The translations under genes were made by a program, and so were the position numbers. From Eledone cirrhosa (taxonomy: Eukaryota), in assembly GCA_964016885.1 (NCBI GenBank), contig OZ024743.1, positions 365,366,001 to 365,430,000 of the forward strand: a stretch of 64,000 nucleotides of DNA, given 5' to 3'. The notes under the pieces were generated by a model. That model had not been told where the DNA came from and did not search any database. It saw only the letters and a program-made list of their open reading frames with translations. This document shows positions 1-13,800 of the stretch, in pieces; within the stretch, counting starts at the first letter, position 1, and every line of letters starts with the position of its first letter.

Positions 1-50
1 CGGCCGAGGTTAACTTTGCTTTTCATCCTTACGGGGGTCGATAAAATAAA

Positions 51-52
<2 letters not shown>
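1..52 (+). mobile_element. SINE central-domain fragment (Meta/MESC-like), truncated by window start
   Basis: GAGGTTAACTTTGCTTTTCATCCTTACGGGGGTCGATAAAATAAAGTA matches the longer copy at 46311-46496. Confidence 0.7.
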
Positions 53-113
<61 letters not shown>

Positions 114-170
114 AATATATATATATATATATAAGCTCAAAAGATGGTTAAAAGAGTTCCAAGTATTTTA

Positions 171-230
171 TTATGCGCATTTCAAAAACAAATATCATCA
201 TGGGGTGATATCTGCGTTCTCATCAGATAA
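171..230 (-). ncRNA. degenerate type-I hammerhead ribozyme (PLE pLTR remnant)
   Basis: Minus strand: ttat-CTGATGA-stem II (gcagatatca/tgatatttgt)-GAAA-tgcgc-ataa, overlapping AATAAA; stem III and cleavage site damaged. Confidence 0.45.
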
Positions 231-555
231 AATAGGGAGACATGATATGAAGCTTAAAAAGCACTTGTGAAGAGTGAAGTTTTAAATCGACATATGAAAA
301 ATAAATTAAGATTGATGTATGAGATTGGTAAAAGTGAGGGGGGGGGGGGGTGGAAAATGTAAGGAAGGGCAAGAGATGAGAGTAAAGAATGGTGGGGGAG
401 GAGCATAAGAAGGAAGGATGAGAGAGGAGAGATGGGTGATAGAGAGATAGCCTTTACAACTTATATTATTTATACTCCAGTCCTACAAACTGTAGAGTGC
501 TACTTATCCGATATTTGCATTGCTTTATTGTGCTACAATAAAACTCACCTCCTAC

Positions 556-591
<36 letters not shown>

Positions 592-874
592 AACAAGTAA
601 GACCCCGACGGCTGAGCTCAAGCCGTTTCGACGGCTAATTCTGGACTGAATGAAAATTTATTCTGGTATTTAAATAGCCGAGCTTATCAAGGGGTAATTC
701 CATATATGGTCAAAGAGACAATCACCAGGATTGGTCACATCACAAGTTAGTAGTAAATCGGTGATGGCAAATTGGTGGGGGAAGGGGTAGCTAAACCTGC
801 CGGTAGGAGAAAAAGGGAGTATTGAGTACTTTGGTGCGTTATGGTCCACCTGGTTCCTTACCACATTTCCTTCG

Positions 875-935
<61 letters not shown>

Positions 936-960
936 TATATATATATATAAATATATATAT

Positions 961-1630
961 AAGTATGTATACGTACATACATATATGTATACAGACGTAC
1001 AGTAGTATGTATATTCATACATACATGCACACATATATTTATGTACGACTGGGTTTACCGAACATTTATTACAATGTTCGGTTTGTTTGTAAACAAACAT
1101 CCCGAATTAAGCCGTACAGTGTTCGGCAAACATCGTTGCCCTTATGTTCAACACTGACAAAGGAACGATGAACTACTTTCTAGCTCCTTAGCTGTCATCA
1201 GCACCGTATACCTTCCTGTCAGTCGATTGAACGTTTGAAAGTATATACTTTCCTTATGCATATTAACGGCTGAGCAGCCTAATGTGCATATCGAGTGAGT
1301 TAGTCGGCCGGGCGAACCGAAAACGATAAATGGAAAAAATGAAATTTCATTTCTCACTCTTAGTACGGCTTATAACAGTGTTGAACATAAGGGCAACGAT
1401 GTTTGCCGAACACTGTACGGCTTAATTCGGGCTGTTTGTTTACAAACAAACCGAACATTATAATAAATATTCGGTAAACCCATACGTACATATATATATG
1501 TGTGCATGTATGTATGTATATACATACTACTGTACCTCTGTATACATATATGTATGTACGTATGCATACTTATATTTAAGTATCAGCCGTACTAAGAGTG
1601 AGAAATGAAATTTCATTTTTTCCATTTATA
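961..1630. mobile_element. short PLE-like insertion with interleaved inverted repeats
   Basis: 961-1156 is the reverse complement of 1376-1572; 1326-1370 is the reverse complement of 1585-1630; flanked by (TA)n; contains a hammerhead motif. Confidence 0.65.
1165..1207 (-). ncRNA. type-I hammerhead ribozyme motif (imperfect)
   Basis: acggtg-CTGATGA-c-agct-aagg-agct-a-GAAA-gtag-TT-catcgt; 6-bp stem I, 4-bp stem II, stem III mismatched. Confidence 0.6.
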
Positions 1631-1638
1631 TATATATA

Positions 1639-1891
1639 TTAGAAATAGAATAGCTTTCACCGTATTTTTTTTTACTAGAGAAATTTTAGTCTGATAATGG
1701 GGTTTAGAACCCTCAGATAAATGGAAAAAGATGAGTTTTGATGTACATGTACATCAATACTCATCTTTTTCCATTTATCTGAGGGTTCTAAACCCCATTA
1801 TCAGACTAAAATTTCTTTAGTAAAAAAAATACGGTGAAAGCTTTTCTATTTCTAATTTCAAACCTGTTCACTGTTTCAAAACACACTTACT

Positions 1892-1893
<2 letters not shown>
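1639..1893. repeat. fold-back (arms of about 108 bp) plus unique tail, in (TA)n
   Basis: 1639-1747 is nearly the reverse complement of 1748-1855, centred on GATGTACATGTACATC; 1856-1893 is unpaired. Confidence 0.85.
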
Positions 1894-1949
<56 letters not shown>

Positions 1950-4416
1950 TTATAAAATATTTACAATAGATTTATCATCATAAAATTATAATTATATAAA
2001 TGTTATATTATTTGTTATATAAATATTATAAACAGAAATATATAGTTTTATTTGTAATACTAAAAGAACTATATTGTTAATTGATATAATTCTTTTTTAA
2101 TTAGAAAATCTTACACGTACAATTTATTTCTGAATAAGAATGACCCTTTTTTTAACACCGTTTCATGTCTTAGTGTTGGCCTTAAGTTGACCGAACAACT
2201 GAAGGATTCATTATCATCATCATCATCATTCATAACGGAGGATTCATCATCATCATCATTACACACACTGACAATATATATATTTTTGTATTTATATGCA
2301 AGTCCCATCCACGCGCTGGACTTCGGATATAACTTCCCGTTTTTGTACCATAATACACGATTCCAGCAAAGATTAGCAGATTCTTTACACCTGCACTACA
2401 TGGAAGATTGGTATTCTACCCTGTGAGCGCTCTTTATATCCTTGTGCCTTACACAACAAGCACATTACCAACCTTAGAATGGATCTATATAAGCTGGATT
2501 ACTCCTTGAAGAACATTCCCACTGCCCCCAACCAAGTTTATTCAATGCTTCTCCAAAAGGCAAAAGGCATTGTCAAACGCTTGAGATGGCGGACACTGGC
2601 TTTTGACGGAAAAAAACACCTGCATTGCCGACACCTACAACCTAAAATTGAGAGCCTATCCACCCAAGATAAATGACCTCGCTCCTTTCGAAGCGGATCT
2701 TCTTGACTTAGTTGCTAACATTACTTTCCACAAACTGTCTAGCATTTTCCAAATCAAACTTAGCAGAGACATTAAAGAATTTAAATATTCCAATATTACT
2801 TTCAACCTATCTGATAAAACCAATAACATTTATGAATGTGACCAATGTACTTACAATCACTTGGCCCCAAGTACAAAATCACTTGGCGTCGAAGTACAAA
2901 AAGCATACCCCTCCGTTTACATTAACATAAATAGGAAGTCAAGCACCTAGCCTCCACCATTAATGTAGATAGGAGACTAGATTGCCTAACTAAGGGTGAG
3001 GCCTTTATCACCTTTACGGATCACAAGGCCGATTTTGCTACTAACCCCACTTGCAGAATTTTGAACACAGCACAGGTAGAGAGAGGGCTAGCTAGCAAAT
3101 TTATTCTTAGAGGACTAGTTAAGACCATTAGGAATAAATCTAACTTGTCCCAGTGGGAAAACAGTGACTCTGTTGTTAAGGGGTTTAACTCCTTCAACAC
3201 AAACAAAGGTAAATTCACTCGTTTCGACATAGTGGACTTCTATCCGTCGACTTCCGTGACTCTGTTGGATATAACCTTAGAGTTTGCTTTATATATACCC
3301 CCGTATATGACTTGGATAGACAGATCATTACCCACTGCAGAAAAAGCCTGCTCTTCAGTAAAATCAACTAACTCAGAATTATTCGATGTCTCAATGGGAT
3401 CATTTAATAGTGCTAGTATATGCGATTTGGTTGGGTTATATATATTAGATATGTTACGAGTCAAATTGCCGGACTTCCATACGGGTTTATACCACGACGA
3501 CGGTCTGACCTTCTCGAACCATAAAAACAGTCAGGACCGTGATCGATTTAGGAAAGACCTGATAGCCACGTTTACTGTAACCACCAATCTAACTAGCGTA
3601 AATTATTTAGACATCAACCTAAACCTTCACACACACACAGCCAGACCTTTCCACAAACGTAACGATACATTAACTTATATACTCAAAGATTCATGTTACT
3701 CACCTACGGTCTTTAAAAGCTTTGTTAAAAACATCATCACTCGGATTTATAATCTTTCTTCTAAAAAGGCCATCTTCGACAGAGCGGCACCTTACTGTAA
3801 TACTGCGTCTTCTCCGATAAAATGTCTTAATTCCCTCCTAATCACGTTACCAGTAGAAAGAAAAATAGAAAAAAAAAGATAATTTGGTTCTGCCCACCCT
3901 TCACGTTTGGAGTTAGAACTAATGTAGGTAAGACATTCTTAGCGTTACTAGACAAGCACTTCCCTACAAGGCATAACTACAGATCTATCTTTAATAGACA
4001 TAGGGTATTCTTTACTAGACGGATATTCCTGTGCTAAAAATATAAAAACCCACGTCACCACCAACACCAAGAGCTCTTCCCCACTAAGATGCTCTGGCAG
4101 AAAGCCGGAATCATGATTTCTTCAACAACAATGTAACACACCTGCAGACGTCTATGAGGCTGAAGTTACATTCATTCGGCTGCCGAATCAACAGCAGGGG
4201 GTCAAACATATGCAGGTGTGTCGAAAGGCCGGTTTAAAGAACGTTTCTTTAACCTTCAGACGACCTTTAGATACTCTGATAAGTGATCGTTCACGAAAGC
4301 TGGCAAGCCACGTATGATCACTCAAGGATGATCCATTTAATGGAATATTCTCACAAAATCGACTCCATCAGACCGGTCAGTCACTGTATATTTCATTTGG
4401 CAGGTAAACAGTATAC

Positions 4417-4459
4417 GGTACCGATGAAGGGTAATAACCCAGAAACATTAGTGTCTGCC
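4417..4459 (+). ncRNA. type-I hammerhead ribozyme (U4C core)
   Basis: ggta-CCGATGA-a-gggt-aata-accc-a-GAAA-cattagtg-TC-tgcc; near-palindromic stem III, GUC triplet. Confidence 0.7.
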
Positions 4460-4637
4460 ATTCTGTTTATATGCCAGCACGAGGGCAACAATGGCGAGTC
4501 ATTTTACTCAAATGGCTTAAGAGGCAGTTTGCGTAATTGCAAACGAATCGAATATTATTGATATTCGATGTAACTAACAAATAGTTTTTCGAATATTATT
4601 GATATTCGAAAAACTATTTGTTAGTTACATGAGGGAA

Positions 4638-4729
4638 TCACTTGATAAGCTCGGAGCCTCATGGATGATGCAACGATTAGACATCCAACGGTTTCCACAA
4701 AGAACGAGCGAAACTATCGATAGTCGGGA
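4638..4729 (+). ncRNA. type-I hammerhead ribozyme (U3-A8 core, extended stem II)
   Basis: tcac-TTGATAA-gctc...gagc-GAAA-ctatcgatag-TC-ggga; ACTATCGATAGT is a perfect palindrome. Confidence 0.7.
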
Positions 4730-4745
4730 CTGGGAGAATTTTTGG

Positions 4746-5011
4746 TAATGTTTATCTATTTTTTTTTCAAACTTACATTTAAAACTTTGCTCCGTTTAAA
4801 TGATTATTTGTCTAATTAATTTCAACGGACTAAGAGGAAAGATTAGGTAAATTTTATCTGACTGTTCCTCATAAAGGAATATCGATAACATTTATCTGTT
4901 ATTTCTTCAAAGTTACATTTTAAACTTAGCTGCGTTTAAATGATTATTTATCTGGTTAATTTCTACGGACTAAGAAGAAAAAGTGGGTAAATTTTATCTG
5001 ATTGTTCTTCA
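4746..5011 (+). repeat. two diverged direct repeats of about 125 bp
   Basis: 4746-4871 resembles 4887-5011 (…gtttaaatgattattt…cggactaaga…ggtaaattttatctga…). Confidence 0.8.
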
Positions 5012-5021
5012 AACTTATAAT

Positions 5022-5148
<127 letters not shown>

Positions 5149-5188
5149 ACACATACACACACACATATGTATATATATGTATATATAT

Positions 5189-5221
<33 letters not shown>

Positions 5222-5225
5222 ACTC

Positions 5226-5274
<49 letters not shown>

Positions 5275-5289
5275 CTGTGTGTGTGTGTG

Positions 5290-5382
<93 letters not shown>

Positions 5383-5384
5383 GT

Positions 5385-5668
5385 AATAATAATAAATTTG
5401 AAGAGTAAAATCCAAAGAGGGCTCGATAAGGATAAACATATATCAAATATAGAAGAACCGTAGAGCAAATATTGACGTATCATCTTCGTTTTTTCCCGTT
5501 CTTTGCCGGGGAACGTTTCCACGAACCAAAATATCGTCTTCCTGTCTTTCTTCGGTTGCAACGTTTTTCGAAATATTTACTTATGCGTTCACAGATTGAT
5601 TTTATTAGTTTCAGAAGATCCCGTTAAGGGTGAAAGCAGCGATTCTTTGCTTAAACTTTAATCTGTTA

Positions 5669-5675
<7 letters not shown>
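5385..5675 (+). mobile_element. short repeat family A, copy 1 (tail inverted at the 5' side)
   Basis: Body matches 25860-25960 and 30905-31110; 5385-5472 is the reverse complement of the tail at 25965-26056; (TA)n flanks. Confidence 0.75.
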
Positions 5676-6278
<603 letters not shown>

Positions 6279-6651
6279 ATGGCAATTTCTTCAAATTTAT
6301 ATATACTGTATATACATGTATGTGTGTGCGTGTGGCGATTTCTTCAAAATTAAGCAGAGCTTGACACCACGAACCTCTTAACCACCTGTTAGTTTCGCAA
6401 TTATTTCTGTCACTGACAAGGCACATCTCTTTAGCTTACAAAAGATAATACAAAGCAAAATTAAAGAGGAAATTACTATAACAATAACAAAAGAACAGCT
6501 GCTGCTAGAACAAAAATAAAAACAACGTTAAATTTATTTTACTTATGACCTCAGTTTAGGAAACGTATCATAGATCAATTGATTGACTCTACAAAGAGTA
6601 AACAAGCATTGCAATATTTTTGAAGACCTCTTGTATATGTATGTATGTATG

Positions 6652-8750
6652 TTATCTCTTTCTCTTAATTTCGAGTATATTTTTTAACCGGCCACCTTCC
6701 TGGTGGCAAGGTTGTAAAAGAAAAGAAATTGTCATCCCTTGAATCGCAAGAATGTTTTGCAAATTTTGAAGGTGCCAGCTATCGCAGCCATTTGTAGACT
6801 ATGAATTAGGGAGCGGTGCTCTTTGTCCGCAAATCCAAGTTCAGTCATACTTTGGTCCAAGCGGGTTGGTGTATAACTCGTAGCTCCAATAATGATGGGT
6901 ATGAAGCTGAAGGTGTATCTTGGATAGTGGATTTGTAAACTCCTCATCAATGGTCCATAGATGACCTCCTTCTCCTGTATTTTTCTGACAACGTTTACAT
7001 CAAGTGGGCAGCTGATCTCCACAACATAACACGTTTTCAATGTGTGGTCCCAAACAAAAATATCAGGCCAGTTGTGCTTTAATTTGGTGGCAGTTTTTAT
7101 TTTCAGGTTCCACCAGTATTCCTTAGTGCCATCCGTCTCAATATATTCTTCTATATGTTTTCCGAAGTGCGTTCCAGATGGTTCTAGCTATCCCATCGTG
7201 TCTCATGGGGAGGTTGTAGCGGGATGACATTCTTTCGCAGCTGGCAACAATGTGGCTTACATCCTCGATCTTTGTTTTACATAGCCTACATTTATTGTCA
7301 GCTGATGACCCTCTCCTTTTGTGCAGCAGATATTTGGTAGGGAGTTCTTGTTCCTGTATTGCATAGAGATATCCCTCAAGGTGTGATATCATAAACTTGT
7401 CGGAACTCCATGCCAGGCTTTTTGAGTGGTTTATCCCCTCTATGGTCTGTGTTTTACGTCTCAAGTATCCATGCACAACTTTTTCTGTAAATTGGTCAAT
7501 TTTTTCATTTTGTTTAAACATTGAATAGGATCTTACGATTTCTCTGGGTGAGAGATTTATATCAGGCTTTATTCCATATCTCTCCTCCAGATCAGTGGCC
7601 ACCTTCCTTGCGCGAGAAGTTTAGCCTATCCACATCACAATTGATGTTAAAGTTCCCAGTAACACTGAGAAGATTGCGAGTTCTAATAACATCCATCTCA
7701 CTTAGTTCTTGCAATGACCAGCTCAGCAGGCCAAATGTTGGCGTTAGAATTGGCACAGCATAAGTATTGTGGGCAATGTATTTGTTATACGCTGACAGTT
7801 CTGATGACCATATTTTCTTTACTCTTCTGAGGTATTCAGTTCTGGTTCTCTCCTTATTTATGGGTCCATCATATCTGACATTCTCATCCTGTCCAAGATA
7901 TCTGTAGTTGTCACCTGACTGTAGAGGTTCTATTGTCAGGCCGTTCATCTCTAGATTTCTAGAGGAGGGCACAGGTCTTCCACGTTTTACTGCCAAATAT
8001 GCACACTTGGACTCACCAAATTTCATTTTGATGTCTGTTGAAAATTGTGTAATGAGGTCCAGTTGTTTCTTGATGTCATTGATATTTGGCCCATACAACT
8101 TCAGGTCATCAACAAAGAAAAGATGGGAGATACTTCTGGACCCACTTCTTTGTCCACCCTGTTTCCTAAGTAGGTAAGATAGTGGATTTAGTGAGAGAAC
8201 GAAGAGTAGCACTGACAAGCTATCACCCTGAAAGATGCCCTTCTGGTAATGTATCTTATCAGTCTTAACCTGCTCCTTCTCACCTCTAAGGATCAAATTG
8301 GTGTACCAGTTCTTGGTCAGACATTCAACACCAGCTACCAGTGGTTGTGGGACTTTGGCTAACTGTAAAGCCTTAAAAATCCACCCATGAGGTACACTAT
8401 CAAATGCTTTTTGATAGTCCAGCCACACCACAGTCATATTTCTGCGATTCTTTGTTGTTTTTTTCTTGAATCATTTTATTAGTTAGTAGGTGATCTATGC
8501 AACCCGACACCTCCCTCTTTTTATCAGCTTGCTCAGGTGTTATGATGTTGTTGGTAGCACAGTGATCCTGTAAGAACAGGTTAAGGCACCCAGTATATAA
8601 TTTATACATGATGTTTTGGCAGGCTATTGGGCGGTAATTTTTAGCAAGGGTGGTTTGGCTATTTTTGAGAATGAGGAGAGTAGTGGCAGTTGATAACCAT
8701 CTGGGCAGTTCTTGTGTGCCTTTAATGGTTTCTGTAAACAGCTGTATGAG
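6652..8750 (-). mobile_element. 5'-truncated R4/Dong-type non-LTR retrotransposon (RT, CCHC, RLE), frameshifted
   Basis: WLDYQKAFDSVPH, GIFQGDSLS, HLFFVDDLKLY, AIQEQ, CRLC..HIVASC, RHD, VVEISCP; both ends in (ACAT)n. Confidence 0.9.
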
Positions 8751-8840
8751 ATGTATGTATGTATGTATGTATGTATGTATGTATGTATGTATGTATGTAT
8801 GTATGTATGTATGTATGTATGTATGTATGTATGTATGTAT

Positions 8841-9110
8841 GACCCCTTAGCCTTTGTCAAGCCAGAATTCTAGGAGAAGGAAATGGCACAGGCATTGCTT
8901 TATATCTGGAGATCTCTCTGCACTTGTTGTCACATGGTGCCATGGGCCCAGCACTATGTGTCAATTATTGTCACAGGTGTAGTGTTTGTACCAGAGTTTT
9001 CAAGTCGCTGGCTGGACTAAAAGTCACACTTGTTTAGCGCATCGGTAGGGGTTCTCCTACATGGTTATAAAGTAGTGGCCGTACTCGAAAACGAGTTGGC
9101 AGCCACCATG
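8841..9110 (+). mobile_element. non-autonomous (ATGT)n-tailed element, copy 1 (internally deleted)
   Basis: Shares GACCCCTTAGCCTTTGTCAAG…GGAGAAGGAAA and the 3' end GAGTTGGCAGCCACCATGT with 9185-9562. Confidence 0.7.
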
Positions 9111-9184
9111 TCTATATATATATATATGTGTATGTATGTATGTATGTATGTATGTATGTATGTATGTATGTATATATATATATC

Positions 9185-9562
9185 CGGGAGAGATGACCCC
9201 TTAGCCTTTGTCAAGGCAGAATTCTGGGAGAAGGAAAACTGTGATATAACACCTGCAACCCTGATGGTATCCAATGATGTTGACTTGTTCTTCTTTTTGG
9301 TAAATATCATCTTGGCTAAGAGAGTGGGACTGCTTTGTGCAGTGCCTTTGCTCACTATAAAAGCTTCACGGCACAGGCATTGCTTTGTATCTGGAGATCT
9401 CTCTGCACTTGTCGTCACATGGTACCATGGTGTAGTGTTTGTACCAGAGTTTTCAAGTCGCTGGCTGGACTAAAAAGTGACACTTGTTCAGCGCATCGGT
9501 AGGGGTTCTCCTACATGGATATAAAGTAGTGGCTGTACTCGAAAACGAGTTGGCAGCCACCA
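9185..9562 (+). mobile_element. non-autonomous (ATGT)n-tailed element, copy 2
   Basis: Near-identical to copy 1 with extra internal sequence; no ORF; followed by about 20 ATGT units. Confidence 0.7.
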
Positions 9563-9642
9563 TGTATGTATGTATGTATGTATGTATGTATGTATGTATG
9601 TATGTATGTATGTATGTATGTATGTATGTATGTATGTATGTA

Positions 9643-10090
9643 TGACAAAGGGCGGAAGAACTCATAAGAGTCAACGGCCATCCAAAAGTGTGTAAATATG
9701 TATATACACATGTACATATGTATGTATATGTGTATATACATGGGTGCATATGTATGTATATGCGTGGGGACATAGAAATAGTCTGGCTGGACACCCGATC
9801 GCGCGGTTAAACCACTGGGAGTGTAGGACCCCTAGCCTTTGTCAGGGCATTCTTCTAGGAGAGGGCAACTCAGGAAACTGGGGTAACTCCGATATAAAAC
9901 CTACGGCTCAGTTACCGATGATGTTGATCTTTTCTTCTTTTCGGCTTATAGCCACTTTCCCTCAGAGAGTGGGATTGGCTCAGTGCACAGTCTTTCCTCA
10001 CTTAAAAAAATATCTTCACGCACAGGCATTGCACGATAGAATTAATTAATTATTATTAATAATGGTGTATCGTGCAATGGCCATACTTGA
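9643..10090 (+). mobile_element. related non-autonomous (ATGT)n-tailed element, copy 3
   Basis: Shares GACCCCTAGCCTTTGTCA…CTAGGAGA, GAGAGTGGGA, CACAGGCATTGC and the end CAGTCATCATGTATG. Confidence 0.6.
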
Positions 10091-10199
10091 TAACAAGGGG
10101 CAGTCATCATGTATGTATGTATGTATGTATGTATGTATGTATGTATGTATGTATGTATGTATGTATGTATGTATGTATGTATGCATGTTTGTATGTTCG

Positions 10200-10570
10200 T
10201 ATTTTGAGAAATGCCCTTGCACTGATAGAAATTGTATAGTCCGCAGATTATGCCCTCAGATTAACTGTAAAACTAGGAACGTTATTTATTGCATAAGATG
10301 CAAGGGGACAGTGTAGGAACATGACATCATAATAGAGACGGCTCATAGCATAGTAGAAAAGATAAAAGAACACTAACGAAAACATCAAGATGCGAAAAAC
10401 TCATAAGTATTCAAATAAATTGCGTGAATGGAACATGGGCGCTCACTAGAGAAGATCGAAATGAAAATGCTATGCACACTAAACAGACGCAATACTTCGA
10501 CAGATTACTGAAGCGACAAACATAAACGAAGCCCAACCAAAACTAAATAGAAAGCACGAGTAGTATAGCA
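10200..10570 (+). mobile_element. PLE GIY-YIG endonuclease remnant
   Basis: CPCTDRNC…INCKTRNVIYCIRCKG…ET…IKEH parallels C..KNLIYAIKCKGC..YIGQT of the element at 23111-24163. Confidence 0.6.
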
Positions 10571-10861
10571 ATAACGTCACAACCTAGTAACTCAGGGCAA
10601 TATAAAGACATATACAGACACACAGGAACTAAACTAATAAGACAAATCAGACAAACACGGATAGAACAAATAGCCAACTAGCAACAAGTAGGAAAGAGAG
10701 AAAATAAATAAATAAACGTATAAATAAATAGACAAATAAATAAATAAAAACTAAAACACACACACACACCTACCCGGATATAACGCATGCGCAGCTCAAG
10801 TATAAAACAAGATGGTGTAAGACAGAACATTTTCATAGCTCATCCTTACACTGTGATTATT

Positions 10862-13800
10862 TCTCCCACCAACACTCAATACACACATCTTACTGCTCCT
10901 CCCACCAACACTCAATACACACATCTTACTGCTCCTCCCACCAACACTCAATACACACATTTTACTGCTCCTCCCACCAACACTCAATACACACATCTTA
11001 CTGCTCCTCCCACCAACACTCAATACACACATCTTACTGCGCCTCCCACCAACACTCAATACACACATTTTACTGCTCCTCCCACCAACACTCAATACAC
11101 ACATCTTACTGCTCCTCCCACCAACACTCAATACACACATCTTACTGCTCCTCCCACCAACACTCAATACACACATCTTACTGCTCCTCCCACCAACACT
11201 CAATACACACATCTTACTGCTCCTCCCACCAACACTCAATACACACATCTTACTGCTCCTCCCACCAACACTGAATACACACATCTTACTACTCCTCCCA
11301 CCAACACTGAATACACACATCTTACTGCTCCTCCCACCAACACTCAATACACACATTTTACTGCTCCTCCCACCAACACTCAATGCACACATCTTACTGC
11401 TCCTCCCACCAACACCCCATACACACATCTTACTGCTCCTCCCACCAACACTCAATACACACATCTTACTGCTCCTCCCACCAACACTCAATACACACAT
11501 CTTACTGCTCCTCCCACCAACACTCAATACACACATCTTACTGCTCCTCCCACCAACACTCAATACACACATCTTACTGCTCCTCCCACCAACACTCAAT
11601 GCACACATCTTACTGCTCCTCCCACCAACACCCCATACACACATCTTACTGCTCCTCCCACCAACACTCAATACACACATCTTACTGCTCCTCCCACCAA
11701 CACTCAATACACACATCTTACTGCTCCTCCCACCAACACTCAATACACACATCTTACTGCTCCTCCCACCAACACTCAATACACACATCTTACTGCTCCT
11801 CCCACCAACACTCAATGCACACATCTTACTGCTCCTCCCACCAACACTCAATACACACATCTTACTGCTCCTCCTACCAACACTCAATACACACATCTTA
11901 CTGCTCCTCCTACCAACACTCAATGCACACATCTTACTGCTCCTCCCACCAACACTCAATACACACATCTTACTGCTCCTCCTACCAACACTCAATACAC
12001 ACATCTTACTGCTCCTCCTACCAACACTCAATACACACATCTTACTGCTCCTCCCACCAACACTCAATACACACATCTTACTGCTCCTCCCACCAACACT
12101 CAATACACAGATCTTACTGCTCCTCCCACCAACACTCAATACACACATCTTACTGCTCCTCCCACCAACACTCAATACACACATCTTACTGCTCCTCCCA
12201 CCAACACTCAATACACACATCTTACTGCTCCTCCCACCAACACTCAATACACACATCCTACTGCTCCTCCCACCAACACTCAATACACACATCTTACTAC
12301 TCCTCCCACCAACACTCAATACACACATCTTACTGCGCCTCCCACCAACACTCAATACACACATTTTACTGCTCCTCCCACCAACACTCAATGCACACAT
12401 CTTACTGCTCCTCCCACCAACACCCCATACACACATCTTACTGCTCCTCCCACTAACACTCAATACACACATCTTACTGCTCCTCCTACCAACACTCAAT
12501 ACACACATCTTACTGCTCCTCCCACCAACACTCAATACACACATCTTACTGCTCCTCCTACCAACACTCAATACACACATCTTACTGCTCCTCCTACCAA
12601 CACTCAATACACACATCTTACTGCTCCTCCTACCAACACTCAATACACACATCTTACTGCTCCTCCCACCAACACTCAATACACACATCTTACTGCGCCT
12701 CCCACCAACACTCAATACACACATCTTACTACTCCTCCCACCAACACTCAATACACACATCTTACTGCGCCTCCCACCAACACTCAATACACACATCTTA
12801 CTGCTCCTCCCACCAACACTCAATACACACATCTTACTGCGCCTCCCACCAACACTCAATACACACATCTTACTACTCCTCCCACCAACACTCAATACAC
12901 ACATCTTACTGCGCCTCCCACCAACACTCAATACACACATCTTACTGCTCCTCCTACCAACACTCAATACACACATCTTACTGCTCCTCCCACCAACACT
13001 CAATACACACATCTTACTGCTCCTCCTACCAACACTCAATACACACATCTTACTGCGCCTCCCACCAACACTCAATACACACATCTTACTACTCCTCCCA
13101 CCAACACTCAATACACACATCTTACTGCGCCTCCCACCAACACTCAATACACACATCTTACTGCTCCTCCCACCAACACTCAATACACACATCTTACTGC
13201 TCCTCCCACCAACACTCAATACACACATCTTACTGCTCCTCCTACCAACACTCAATACACACATCTTACTGCGCCTCCCACCAACACTCAATACACACAT
13301 CTTACTACTCCTCCCACCAACACTCAATACACACATCTTACTGCGCCTCCCACCAACACTCAATACACACATCTTACTGCGCCTCCCACCAACACTCAAT
13401 ACACACATCTTACTACTCCTCCCACCAACACTCAATACACACATCTTACTGCGCCTCCCACCAACACTCAATACACACATCTTACTGCTCCTCCCACCAA
13501 CACTCAATACACACATCTTACTGCTCCTCCTACCAACACTCAATACACACATCTTACTGCGCCTCCCACCAACACTCAATACACACATCTTACTACTCCT
13601 CCCACCAACACTCAATACACACATCTTACTGCTCCTCCCACCAACACTCAATACACACATCTTACTGCTCCTCCTACCAACACTCAATACACACATCTTA
13701 CTGCTCCTCCCACCAACACTCAATACACACATCTTACTGCTCCTCCCACCAACACTCAATACACACATCTTACTGCGCCTCCCACCAACACTCAATACAC

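Larger units (their letters stand above)
2479..5015 (+). mobile_element. decayed Penelope-like retroelement (Naiad-like), RT plus GIY-YIG remnants and pLTR
   Basis: Frameshifted motifs YSLKNIP, RLRWR, SDKTNNIY, FDIVDFYPS, MGSFNSASICDLVGLYIL, GLYHDDGL, VNYLDINLNL, IWFCPPF; two downstream hammerheads; clade assignment from recalled motifs. Confidence 0.85.
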
